Below are positions 21,817-33,099 of a stretch of DNA of 64,000 nucleotides, piece after piece (the first letter of the stretch is position 1; each line of letters begins with the position of its first letter). Made by a program: the position numbers and the translations under genes. Origin of the DNA: Caecitellus pseudoparvulus (Eukaryota > Protista > Bigyra: Bicosoecida); NCBI GenBank assembly GCA_965644315.1, contig CBFFRQ010000079.1, positions 186,001 through 250,000 of the forward strand, read 5' to 3'. Below the pieces are notes generated by a model. The model did no database searches and was not told where the DNA came from. It saw nothing but the letters and a program-made list of their open reading frames with translations.

Positions 21817-24447
21817 TCAAAAGCGATTGGCCCAGTCTTCCTCTTCACCGATGCCATCCAGCAACTCCTCTAACATGGCCATGGACATGAGATCCGCATT
21901 TTCTTCACCGCCCATCTCCTCCCCGTCTTCCTCCTCGTCTTCCTCGTCGTCTTCATCTTGAGACGTAGCTTCGTCCTGCATGCTGTCTTGCTCAGCTACC
22001 GCGAATGCTTCTGCGTCGCTGGAGCGGCCCAGCTCAACCTCGCCGCCTGGTTGCACGCTGCATGATGATGGCGCATTTTCGGGGTCCAGTTCAACTGCTC
22101 CTAGGCTGCTGGCTGAGGGTGCTGACGAGTCCGCGAGGTGTGCATCCCCGGGGAGCGACCGCTGCTGCTGAGCCCTTGCAAGGCGCTCAGAAGCCGCCTC
22201 TCGCAGGGCTCGGGCGGTGCTGGCAGCTGTGGTGTCTGGGGGCGCAAAGCCCACCTCGTCCTGGATGCCTTCAATCAGCGGCTGCACGGGCTTGCCGTCG
22301 CTGTCCACCTCAGAGAATCGCTGCACGCGCTTCGCGCCGCCCGTGGAGGTTGGGAAAGCCACTGCGTTGTTCAGGCCCATCTCTGCCTCCGCCTCGTCTT
22401 CCGCCAACACCTCGTCCACGACATCGTCGTAGGCCAGCCACCAATCCTGCTCGTACGGCTCCCAGGGGGTGGGTGTCACCTCTGGAACACTGGCATCACT
22501 GGCATCCGTGCAGTCGGTCGCCCAGGCCTGCAGGACACGGTCCGTCATGAAGCCCTTGTCCTCTGTCAGGTGGATGCCTAGCTGCGCGTTCGCAGCTCGC
22601 CGCTGAGGCATGAACTCCCGCATGCACTCCAGCGGCAGCACGCGCATGAGACCGCAGGCGTAGTAGACATCTGTGTACGCTGTCTGCGCTTCCGAGTACG
22701 CCCAGTGACTGCGCGGCTCGGTGGCGATGCAGCCACGGTGTAGGCCCGCAGCTAGCTGGCCGGCAGTCAGCATCCACCCCCCGCCGTCCGCGTGCATGGT
22801 GACGAGGAATCGCCGAGATTCGTGCCTGTACACGCGGTAGGCGTCGTTGTGACTGAGCATGCCCCAGTCTAGGTGCCGTGCGCAGAAGCGGCCCTTGTGG
22901 ATGGAGGGGTACCCCAGCCGTGTCGTGTGGCTGAAGCCGACTGAGTTCCCCTGCCGCATGCCCGGCATGGATGACACGGCAAACGCACTGCGAGAGTGGC
23001 ACACCTTGTGCCAAGAGGCAAAGCCCAGCACCCAGTCTTCAGGAAGCCCGCCTTGGGTCGTCCACTCCCAAAAGCTGCGGAGGTGTTGCCCGGTCACGAC
23101 GTGCCGCACATCCCAGAAAGAGAACAGGTCATACAGCGGCGTTTGGCTTGCCTCGTGCACCCCCGCGTGGGACAGGGCCTTGCGAGCGGCCCAGGCAAAG
23201 GACCCTGGGCTGAGGGCGTCTAGGAGGGGCAGATGGCGAAACTGCACCCCCTCCGGCACAGCATCCACAACCGTTGGCGGGAGGCTGCCACCCGGCCCTG
23301 TGACAATCAGCACGCTGACATGCAGGCCATCGCGGGAGGAATTGGTCATGGATGCCAGGCTTTGTGCCAGCACGGCATTGTGCGTCGCATTCGTCACGTT
23401 CTGGTGCACGACGACGTGAAGCACGCGCACGGCATCGGGGGGGGCGTGCGGCGCCTGCCCGGGCACCTCTGGTGTCTCGTCCTCGGGGGCAGCGTGGCCA
23501 GTTGCCCGGCCAGTGCGGCGAGAGCTGGGCACTTTGGCGTCGTGGGAAGCCCGCGTGGTCGGGTCAAGGGAGCAGGCCGCTGTCAGAGCGTGCAGAGCTG
23601 GGGCGGCCAGCACCTTGTTTTCGTTGTGCTCGCGCTCCAGCTCGGGGAAGTGGAGGAGGTTGTAGAGGTCCTCGAAATAGCCAGCCTTGGGGTACCGCGA
23701 GTCGCCGAATCTCTCACGCAGCAGCAGGGCTTCCGGCTGAGCTGTGCGGGACAGGTGTGTCTTGGGGAGCCAGGCATCAGGCGGCAGCTTCTCAGCATTG
23801 GCCTGCGTGGCGTCGTAGAACTGCTGAAAATACATGCCCACATTCTCCACGCACCCCGTCCAGCCACTGGGCATGTGTGCAGAGCAGAACCAGAGGGCTG
23901 CTTCCCGTACATTGATTCCCAGGTGCATCTGCGAGGCGGGCCCGGGGCAGTTTGGTACACTGTCGAAGCTGCCTGGCTCACCACCTGCCTCACCTCGTTG
24001 TGGTATGTCTGGTTGCCCTGCAGAGAGTCATCTGCCTGAATCTCCGTCGCAATGTGCATGCGACGCAGTTTCTCAGAGCCGACCGTGTGGTAAAGCTGCT
24101 CCAGGGCGTTCACTGCGGGGAAGTCCTCGGCAGGTGGTGGGTCGCCGCGACGCACAACAAACACGTGTACGCCTTGGACTCTTACGGGACTGCAGGTCAT
24201 CCAAGCCCAACTCCAACATGTGCCTCAGTGCCGCAGCGGTGACGTTGAAATCCTCCTCGTCGTATTGCACGGGGAGCACCCGCATGGTGTGCCCGGGCTC
24301 CTCGGCAGCCCAGCACACACGCAATGGCCAGCCGTCAGCGGCGAGGTGGCCGGCAAACGGGTCTTCTGGGCCCGCCTGCGCCCATCCACGCTTGAAGAGG
24401 AAGCAAATGCATAACAAGATCGAGACAAGCGTGCTGCGGCTCCCCAT
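21817..24447 (-). CDS. Hypothetical secreted or membrane-anchored protein with a possible glycosyltransferase-like core and an acidic C-terminal tail
   Basis: ATG 24447 gives MGSRSTLVSILLCICFLFKRGWAQA (signal or anchor). Two GT-AG introns (GTAAGA..CCCGCAG and GTGAGG..CTCGCAG) join it in frame to the 703-aa ORF 23928-21817. The tail is poly-D/E. Confidence 0.7.
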
Positions 24448-24832
24448 CTTGCTGGGAGGCAAAAGGCTGCAACTGCCCTTGCCAAGCTGACCTCGCCTGT
24501 CGCGTGGACACGGTGTCCAGAGTAGCCTGGCAACAGGGCGCAAACAAGGAAGCCTGGAGCACTGCATCGGCTTCTGCGGCAGGCTGGGGCCTGTATGCAA
24601 GGGTCGTTTTGCTTTTTGTGTGGCTTTTGTTGACACTGCATCCGTTTGTGCAAAGCTCCACCGAAAAATTTGCACACGCCTGACACCAAGGAAGCAAACC
24701 TCCCCCCACAGTTACAGCATTTGACTCTAGACGTTGCAAAGACTGCTACAGACCACAAAACACGACGCTGTCACTCTCAATCGACCCCTTCAGCCAGCTG
24801 AGGCCCACCGAGCACCCCACGATCAGCCCAGA

Positions 24833-26073
24833 ATGCTGCAGCGCAGTTGCCACGCCATGTTGCGAAGTGCGTATCGCGAAGTGGACCGACACTGAGGCCA
24901 ACTCCATTGCATTTGCCCTGTGTGCCTGCAGAGCAACCGTTGGCGAGCGCATCCAAGGCATGCTTTACAACTTCATCTCGAGGCTCCAACAGGGCCCCCA
25001 CGGACTGGGCAGGGGTGGTTTTCTTCTCGGGCATCGTGCGAACTCCTGCGGAAATTGGTTGCGCATGTGCAGCTGCACACAGCTGCTACGCCCCCCCACC
25101 GCAGGTTGGCCTCACGACATACCTTGGCGTGTGGCAAACCCAACGCTACAACTGGAAAGTGGACCTGCTGGCAAAACGGGCTGCCAGTCTCGCTTGTGAG
25201 CCGGTGGACCTGGCTGACGTGCTGGCTGGCCTGCCGTGAGTCCTGCGGCAGACGTGGCGTCATTGTCAGACGCATGTTTGCAAGGCACGCTTGACTTGGC
25301 ACAGGACTGACGGGAAGAAGGTGCGAGACGAAGCAACAGTGCCTGTGAGGGTGACTGGCACTCTGCACACCGCAGACCAGGTGTTGGTGGGGCCGCGGCC
25401 GCCTCCTGAAGGCGCACCTTCAGGCTCTGAGCGCATGGGGTTTTACGTCATCGCGCCGCTGGTGCTCGACAACTCCAACGCGACCTTCCACGAAGAGTCC
25501 TCTGGCGGCCCAGCCTCACAGCAGCCGTACGTGCTCGTGAACAGGGGGTGGGTTCCTGCTGATGGCGGGGAGCTACGGGAGGATGCCACGGAGCCGTGCC
25601 GTGTAACCGTGTCCGGTATCCTGCGAGGAGGCGAGGGAGGTGGCCAATTCGCCCCCCCGCACGCATCCCCTGCGTCCTTCGGCTGGTTTGACCTGCCATC
25701 CATCGCCGCAGCACTCGGCGGAAGCCCGGTGCGCTCACCTGCAGCTTCCTTCTTCGACGTCCCCTTTGCCATCGACGCGCGAGAGGTGAAAGGAGACGGC
25801 CCTGGTGCCAAGTTGGGCGCCGTGAAGGCGCTGTCAGGGTATGGCGCTGTGAACACGCACCCTGCAACTCACGCTGCCTACGCGGTGACATGGTTTGCTC
25901 TCGCAGCATTTGGCATTGGGATGACTTTCCGGCGGTTCAAGCCAAAGAAGTCCAGTGGAGCAGCTATGTTTGCTGCAGCGCAGGCTAAAGAAGCGGCAAA
26001 GAAAGCAGGGGCGGGCCTGCTGGCTGTTCACGCGGTAGGGCACGAAGAAGTGTCTCAAGTGTCTCAACGCTGA
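24833..26073 (+). CDS. SURF1: SURF1/Shy1 cytochrome c oxidase assembly factor
   Basis: LGVWQTQRYNWK, VRVTG, LVGPR, GFYVIAPL, VLVNRGWVP, WFDLPSIA, HAAYAVTWFALA. The Arg/Ser-rich N-terminus resembles a mitochondrial presequence. Three introns inferred. Confidence 0.92.
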
Positions 26074-26111
26074 GATTCGAATACACTTGTTTTCTTCCAC
26101 TGTCATGCCGC

Positions 26112-26183
26112 GGGAGTGTGGTCTAGTGGTATGATTCTCGCTTCGGGTGCGAGAGGTCCCGGGTTCAATTCCCGGCACTCCCC
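26112..26183 (+). tRNA. trnP-CGG: tRNA-Pro(CGG)
   Basis: Acceptor stem GGGAGTG/CACTCCC, anticodon arm CTCGC-TT-CGG-GT-GCGAG, T-loop TTCAATT, downstream oligo-T runs. Confidence 0.96.
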
Positions 26184-26360
26184 TTGATTTTTGCTTTTTT
26201 GTACTCTTTGACGGCTCGCGGACTTCAGACATTCCCCACCGGACAAATCCCCCATGCTGAATTCAAAGCTGCGGACGGGGTCCAGTGACCTCCCATCTTC
26301 CCTCTCGCAGCCAGCGCTTCAGTCGAAGGCACGGAGTTGGCGCTGCGGAACTTGACCAAC

Positions 26361-29300
26361 ATGGCTTCGGACACGTTGACGGTCATCCACAGCACGGGAA
26401 GCTCCGGACAGCGGACTGTGTACGCAAACTGTCCGCAAAAGAATACAGAGTTCGCTGACAACCGGGTCATTACGTCGAAGTACCGCCTGGAGACCTTCTT
26501 CTTTGTGGGTACAGCGCTGCCTGTGTGCCGTCACGCGAGCAAGGACCGACAGCACCCTGTCCTGGTCGCAGGTGTTCTTACTGGAGCAGTTCAGCCGCTT
26601 TGCAAACGCCTACTTCTTGCTGGTGTGCGTGCTGCAGCTGATTCCCTCCATCAGCATCACGGGGGGGCTTCCCACGGCTGGCTTGCCTCTGGTCTTCGTG
26701 CTGCTGTTTGATGGCATCGTCACAGCCAGGGAAGACTACAAGCGCCACCAAGATGACCACGTGACCAACACGCAGTCCAGTGAGTTGGTCTTGCCTGTCT
26801 GGCCGCCTCGCCATGGGTAAGCCGTGCACTGCACTTGCCGCGCTCTCCCTGTTCCCTTGCAGCGCTCGCGGCGCGTGACGGCGCCTTCGTGGAGGTGCAG
26901 TGGCAAGATGTCCGTGTGGGAGACGTGCTGAAGCTGACGCGCAACGCGGACGTGCCGGCCGACTGCATCTTCCTGGCCTCTCACACCGCTGACATGGACT
27001 CCCCAGAGACCTGCTATGTGCAGACTGTGCAGCTGGACGGCGAGAGCAACCTGAAGCTGAAGCAGGCAGTTACAAAGACCGTGCGGGTGTTCACGGACGA
27101 CGAGGCTGCTGTATCGTGGCGAGGCATGGCGATAGCAGAGGCACCCAACGCAAACTTCAACCGCTTTGTCGGCACGGTGCACTTGTCCCCTGGTGCCGCC
27201 CCGCGTCCCTCGGCACCTGCTGAGCCAACGTCGCCGCTGGAAGGTGCCTCAGCGTCGGCGGCGGCCGACGGCATGGGCACGGTCGCACGAGCTGTGGCTG
27301 GGGCTGGCGACGAGAACATCGCCAACCTAGAAGTTGGCCAGCTCCTCTTGCGAGGGTGCCAAGTGCGCAATGTTGACTACGTGTACGCGTTGGTAGTGTA
27401 CACTGGCGACGACACGAAGGTCAGGGTGAAGGTGTCTGCCAAGTCCTCCAAGCGCGCACAGCTGGAGCAGGCAGTGAACTCCATTGTCATCACCGTGGTG
27501 GCCCTGCTTGGCGTTGTTGCAGCGATTGGGGCGGTGGGGAACGCCATCTGGAATGCCTCGCGAGGTGGCGGGCAGACATACCTGGTGATCGACAGCACGA
27601 CGACGTTCGTGGAAGGCCTGGGGCAGTGGGCAACATTCCTCCTCCTGAATGCGTCTTTTGTGCCGGTGTCGCTGTACGTGACGATGCGGCTGGGCCGCAC
27701 CCTGCAGATGGTCATGATGGAGCACGACACAGAGATGTGCCACGCTGAGGTGGACAGCTCCACGCCCGGGTCAGTGCCTGTGACACGGCGGTACCCCTTT
27801 CGCGTGCGCAGCATGGAGCTAAACGACGACTTGGGGCAGATCACGCACATCTTTTCAGATAAGACCGGCACCATGACTCTGAATTACATGGACTTTCGCA
27901 AGTTCGCCGTGGGCGGCGTTTCTTACGGTGTCGGCACCACGACCATTGGTGTAGCCCGCCTGCAGCGACTGGGATTCAAACAGCAGGCCACCGCAGCTCA
28001 AGCCCTCCTCGAGCGCACGCAGGCGTCCCACCGCCCAACTCTCCACGTGAATTTCTGTGACGGGTCGGACAGCCACGCTGGTAGATGCTTGGCCGAGGAT
28101 GCCAAGCAGCTGCCGTCAGAACCTTGGAGCGGGTGGGGCTTTGTGCCCCCAGACGCACCCGCTGGTGCGGCGCTGCACGCGTTCATGCTCCACCTTGCCT
28201 TGAACCACACAGTGCTCTTAGAGAAGGTGCGCGGGGAGGACGGCGCTGCCACTGGCCAGCGACTGTCTGCATCGTCCCCAGACGAGGAGGCATTTGTGCT
28301 GGCTGCACAGCACTTTGGCTACTCCTTCGTGCACCGATCTCAAGACGGCATCACTTTGGAAATGCCGCCCCCCGGAGGCCTGACCGTGACAGGCAGCGGG
28401 GACAGCCAGCCTGCAAGGCAGCGCCACCACTTCACCCTCCTGCACCTGCTTCCGTACTCTCAGGAGCGGAAACGCATGTCTGCCATTGTGCAGCATCCTG
28501 ACGGGTCCCTCGTCCTGTACTGCAAAGGCGCAGACAACGTGATTTATGAGCGCCTCGCCGCTGCCACGAGTGCTGGGGAGAAGGAGCAGCGGCGGCAAAC
28601 GTCTGGGTACATGGGCGCGTGGGGGTCGGATGGCTTGCGCACGCTGTGTTTTGCGTACAAGGCTCTGCAGGGGGATGAGCTATCGGCGTGGGCACGCCGG
28701 TACGCGGCTGCCTGCAACGACTTTGCAGAGAACATGAAGCGCAAGAACAAGCAGCCCAACGCCATCGAGGACCTTATGGATGAGATGGAACGAGGCTTGA
28801 CGCTGCAAGGCGCCACTGCCAACGAGGACCGGCTGCAGCCCAGCGTGCCAGAGACCATCTCCACTCTCGGCCAGGCTGGTATCCGAGTGTGGATGCTCAC
28901 CGGTGACAAGCAAGAGACGGCGGTGAACATCGGCTACGCCACGCGCTTGCTGGACGACGGCTTGGAGCAGCTGGTGGCGACTGTGGCGAGCGCAGGATCA
29001 GCGGCTGCAGGTGCAGCCATGGTCCGGCGACGAGCCCGGGAGCTGCGCGCGTCTGGCCTGGCGCCGCCCCTCGAAGGCGGAGAAGTTGACGAGGGCGTGG
29101 GTGCTCCAGGTGATGCTGTCGCTGGTGCGAGTGCTGCTGTTCCCTTGCACCCCGCGCCAGAGGTAGCGGCGGTTGCATCCCCAGCAGGGGTTGCTGTTTT
29201 CATGCCTTCCACACCCGAGGATAAGCCCCCCGCAGCTTCAGATGCTGCGCCAGCGATCGCCACGGTGCCGGGCGCCTCTCCTGGCAGCCCGCCTCCCAGC

Positions 29301-31718
29301 GCATCGGCCCCACTTGAGCGGCAAGAGCTGGTCGGGCCGCGTCGCAGGCCCCGTCTGGACAGCAGGGCCGTCATGTTTGAAAGCGACGCGGAAATCCTGA
29401 ACAGCATGTCGAAAGCTGGGCTGGTGGAACTCGGCGCGAGCATTGGGATTCAAGACACCACGACAACACTTCCGGTGCGTCGGCGGCGGCGCAAGGCGGG
29501 CGGGCGCCCTCTGGCCCTCATTGTTGACGACGCAGTGCTGGATGAGCTGCTGCGTGACGACGGGGGTGCGACGAGCTTGCAGGGCGCTGCGGCAGGCCAG
29601 AAAGCTGGATTTCAGGAGCTGCAGGGTGAAGCGGGGCAGAGCGCCGCCTCCATCCGACAACGGGCTGCCACGGTTGTACGAGCGGTGGATGAGTTCTTTT
29701 ACGCGGCCCGCACAGCAGTGGAAGCCCAGTTGCCTGTGAACCTACGCCCCAAGGAAAAGCCAGCACCTGTTATGGGCCCGGCCCGGGACCTGCTCGATGT
29801 CGCCGCGGCATCCAAAGCAGTCGTCTGCTGCCGCTGCCGCCCAGACCAGAAGGCGCAGATGGTGAAGCTTGTGCGCGACGGAGTGCCGCGCTGCCGCACG
29901 CTGGCTCTAGGGGATGGCGCCAATGACGTAGACATGATTCGCACTGCACACGTGGGGGTAGGCATTGCAGGCGCTGAGGGCTTGCATGCAGCCAACGCCT
30001 CGGACTATTCCATGGCGCGATTTCACTTCCTGCGCAAGCTGCTGCTCGTGCACGGGCGCCTGAACTACATGCGCATCTCGACGCTGGTAAACTACATGTT
30101 CTACAAGAATGTCTTCTTCGTGATGACTCAGTTCTGGTACTCTGCTGTGACGGGCTTTTCAGGCCAGAAGTTCTTTGTGGAACTTGGCACCCAAAGCTAC
30201 AACCTGTTCTTCACAGGGCTGCCCGTCATGCTGCTCATGCTGTATGACCGGGACGTCGACCAAGACCTCATCTACCGAGTACCACAGCTGTACAAGGCAG
30301 GGCAAGGCGGGCAGTTCTTGCACAAGTGGGTGTTCTTCACCTGGTTTGTGGCAGCGATGTCAGAGTCGCTGGCCGTGTACTTCGTCTCCCAAGGGGCGGT
30401 GGGCAGTCGGTGGACAGTGTTTGTCCTGGGCACACTGTGCTTCACGGGGGTGCTGCTGATGGTGAATTTGCGCATCGTCGCGGAAATGTGGCTGCACCAC
30501 TGGACGTTCCACGCGTCGGTGGCAGGGTCCATGTTGCTGTGGGTGATCGCTGTCTTTGTCTTTGGAGCTTGGCGCTCCGACGGCGTGGCGACGGAGGCGT
30601 ACGTAGCCATGTTCGAAGCGCCCTCCACGTGGGGTGTGTGGGTGCTGCTGTGCGGGATGATGTTGGTGGGCATTCTGCTCTGGCGGGGCTTGGTGGTTTT
30701 CTTCTCACCCACGCTGCGGTACCTCGTGCTCCAGGCACACCATTCTGTGGATGGGCAAGTGCAAGATGTCGTGGATGCACTGCAGCGTGGTGAGCTGACA
30801 GACGACCCGCTGGAGTGCGCCATCGTGCGGTACGTGCCTGGGCGGTCGCGAGCTGGCAGTGGAGACGCCGAAGGTGCTGCCCCCCCCCACACCGCTTGGT
30901 CCTCCACCATCCCGCATCCAACAAGCGTCTTCTTCCGGCAGTGTGGTCGAGTGTACTCTGGTCTGTGGACTCTGTCCTTGAACGTCGTGTGCTGTGCTTC
31001 GCTGGGCTATTTCTGCGGCACAGCGCCACTTTGCTGCAAGTGTGCAGGGGAGATTGCCCGTTCGGGGCCATGGCGACCAACCCAGCAAGCGGCCCGCACT
31101 GGATCAAGCTCCAACCCACCAAACTCAGCAGCCTCTCCGTCCACGACACCCGCTGCCAGTGCGTCCCTGGCTTCCTCAGCTTCCCAAGCGTCATTTCCAC
31201 GCCGCACGCAGACTGACAAAGGGCCGGGTGGAGAAGTGCGCAGGCAGATGTCGTCTCCTGACCTCAGACAGCTGGCCCAGCAACACCTTAGTCTGCCCCA
31301 CTCGGACTACATGAGTGATGAGAGCGACTCTGATGCTAGCATTGGTGCGCAGAGCACGGGGGGCGCCTCCACAGGCCGCCGCACCACGCCAGTGCGGCCA
31401 TCACGACGCAGGCGTGCACGCTCCAACAAGCACGGAGGCGGGTTCACCCAAGACGACGGGGCTTCGGAGTGGCTGTCCACGCGCTTCACTGTGTCGGGCA
31501 TGCCGGCGCCTGCAGCGGCCGCGGCCTTCTTGCGCCGCCCGAGGGGCATGGAGTACTCGCTTCGTCGCTCGGGGGGGTCATTCGGCTCCTTGCCAGACTC
31601 CCCCCCAGCCCGCGCACTGGGTGCTTCCAGCGACGTTGCACCAGATGAGGCATTCGCTCTGGACTACGTTGGTGTGGCAGATTCTGCCTCTCAAGGCGGT
31701 GGGGCTGCCGCCTCTTGA
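26361..31718 (+). CDS. P4-type ATPase (phospholipid flippase)
   Basis: DNRVITSKY, EQFSRFANAYFL, VPADCIFL, QLDGESNLK, LLLRGC, YTGDDTK, PVSLYV, FSDKTGT, SSPDEEA, RKRMS, KGAD, GLRTL, EDRLQ, TGDKQETA, CRCRPDQKA, GDGANDV, LLVHGR, FYKN. Two 5' introns. Confidence 0.96.
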
Positions 31719-31896
31719 GAACCAGCACCAGCTCGCCCGGGCGGGGAGCCGGTGCAGTTGTCCTTGCGCAGCACCGACCAAATTTATCCCTCCATGTTTT
31801 TTGAAACTATTGTTCCCGCGCGCGCTTGGCTGCACAGGAGCCCCCTGTGCAGCGGGAGCACCCGTTGTCAGCCGTGGCGTTTCGTGGCGTTTCAGT

Positions 31897-33012
31897 ATGG
31901 CATCCGCCGGTGCGCTGGGCGCTGCGCCGCAGCGAAATGCAGCGGTACTCGTGATGAGCGGCAAGGAGTACCTGGGTGCTATTGCATCCCCCATGGGGCA
32001 TGATGATGCCTGTGCACTGTTGCAAAGCGCTGAGGCAGCCTTTGTACGCAGGTGCCCCGCTGCAGCACTGGGGCCAGGTGGGACGCCTGCTCAGCGCAGG
32101 CAGTCCTCGGCAGCAGCTGCCGGCGCATCTGGCTCAGCACCTGGCTCCGCTCCCGGCAAGCCCGGAGCAGCATCCACTGCAAAGGGTTCTGGCGGACAGC
32201 TTTCCTTCCTCGCCAGTCTGAAGCAGCGCAAGGTGGCGCAGAGCAAGGCAGCAGCTGAGGCAGAGCAAGCCCAGCTGGGCCTGCCCGTCATTGGGCCCGA
32301 GAAATCCCTGGACCCGCAAGTGCTGCACACACAGCTCCACACAGCTCACGAGGAGGCCTGGAAGGCCAACTCAGGCAAGCCGCTTGTCTTGCAGGCACAA
32401 GGCGCAAACGCCGCAGCGCTGCCGGCAAGCCGGGCTGTCACAGTCACAGCCCGGCTCTCGACGGAGGTCCTGCCGACGGGCATCAAGCCAGTGTTCATGC
32501 CGTTTTGCCTCGTGTCCGACGAGTCTGCCCGGGCGACACAAGTGGAAGCCATCGCTACGTTGGTCGGGCAGCGGTACTCTGGGCAGCCGCCGAGGTCGGT
32601 GCCTGCCGGCGCCATCCGCCCGCTGGGCGGGGATCGCGTGGCGTTCTTCGTGGAGTCAGGGTACAAGCAGCGCGATTGGAAGGTGTCGCGTCGGTATTTG
32701 ACTGGAAAAGAAGCAGACACGGTGTCCATGGGCTCAGAGTTCTTTCTGCGGCTGGCCTTCTCCCCACAGCCCGATGGTGGCATGGCCGTGGTGACGTACT
32801 TGAATGGGCACCCTGTCATGAAGACGCACCACCCTGCGGTGATGTCCCTCGTGGGCTCCAAGTTCCAGGTCTTGGCGCCTGCGAGAGGTGACTATGGAGA
32901 GGTGGCCACGACAGTAGTGCACCAAGTGTGGCTGGGGGAGGCGCCGGTGACCGAGGCTATGCAGCGGCTGCCGGTGTCTGAGATCCAGGAGCGCCGCAAA
33001 GCAGCAGTGTAG
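31897..33012 (+). CDS. Hypothetical protein (about 370 aa) with a C-terminal beta-rich domain
   Basis: ATG at 31897 within ORF 31315-33012; the upstream part of that ORF overlaps the flippase 3' end. Coding-like codon usage; no family recognised. Confidence 0.65.
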   Translation: MASAGALGAAPQRNAAVLVMSGKEYLGAIASPMGHDDACALLQSAEAAFVRRCPAAALGPGGTPAQRRQSSAAAAGASGSAPGSAPGKPGAASTAKGSGGQLSFLASLKQRKVAQSKAAAEAEQAQLGLPVIGPEKSLDPQVLHTQLHTAHEEAWKANSGKPLVLQAQGANAAALPASRAVTVTARLSTEVLPTGIKPVFMPFCLVSDESARATQVEAIATLVGQRYSGQPPRSVPAGAIRPLGGDRVAFFVESGYKQRDWKVSRRYLTGKEADTVSMGSEFFLRLAFSPQPDGGMAVVTYLNGHPVMKTHHPAVMSLVGSKFQVLAPARGDYGEVATTVVHQVWLGEAPVTEAMQRLPVSEIQERRKAAV

Positions 33013-33099
33013 GGTGGTCTGCCGTGCATTCAGACCACTGGGGAATCCATGCGCGGCACACTGCAGCACACGTCACATCGCGGCGGGCTTGCACGCCCT

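Noticed and set aside
24073-24200. Apparent frameshifts or pseudogenes (here and in TAPT1, SURF1, DnaJ, Sin3)
   Set aside because: The frame changes examined are resolved by canonical GT-AG introns, so no recoding or non-standard genetic code is needed.
31315-31896. N-terminal extension of the 565-aa ORF overlapping the flippase 3' end
   Set aside because: It is out-of-frame overlap with the flippase CDS plus an AT-richer intergenic stretch. ATG 31897 is the more plausible start.
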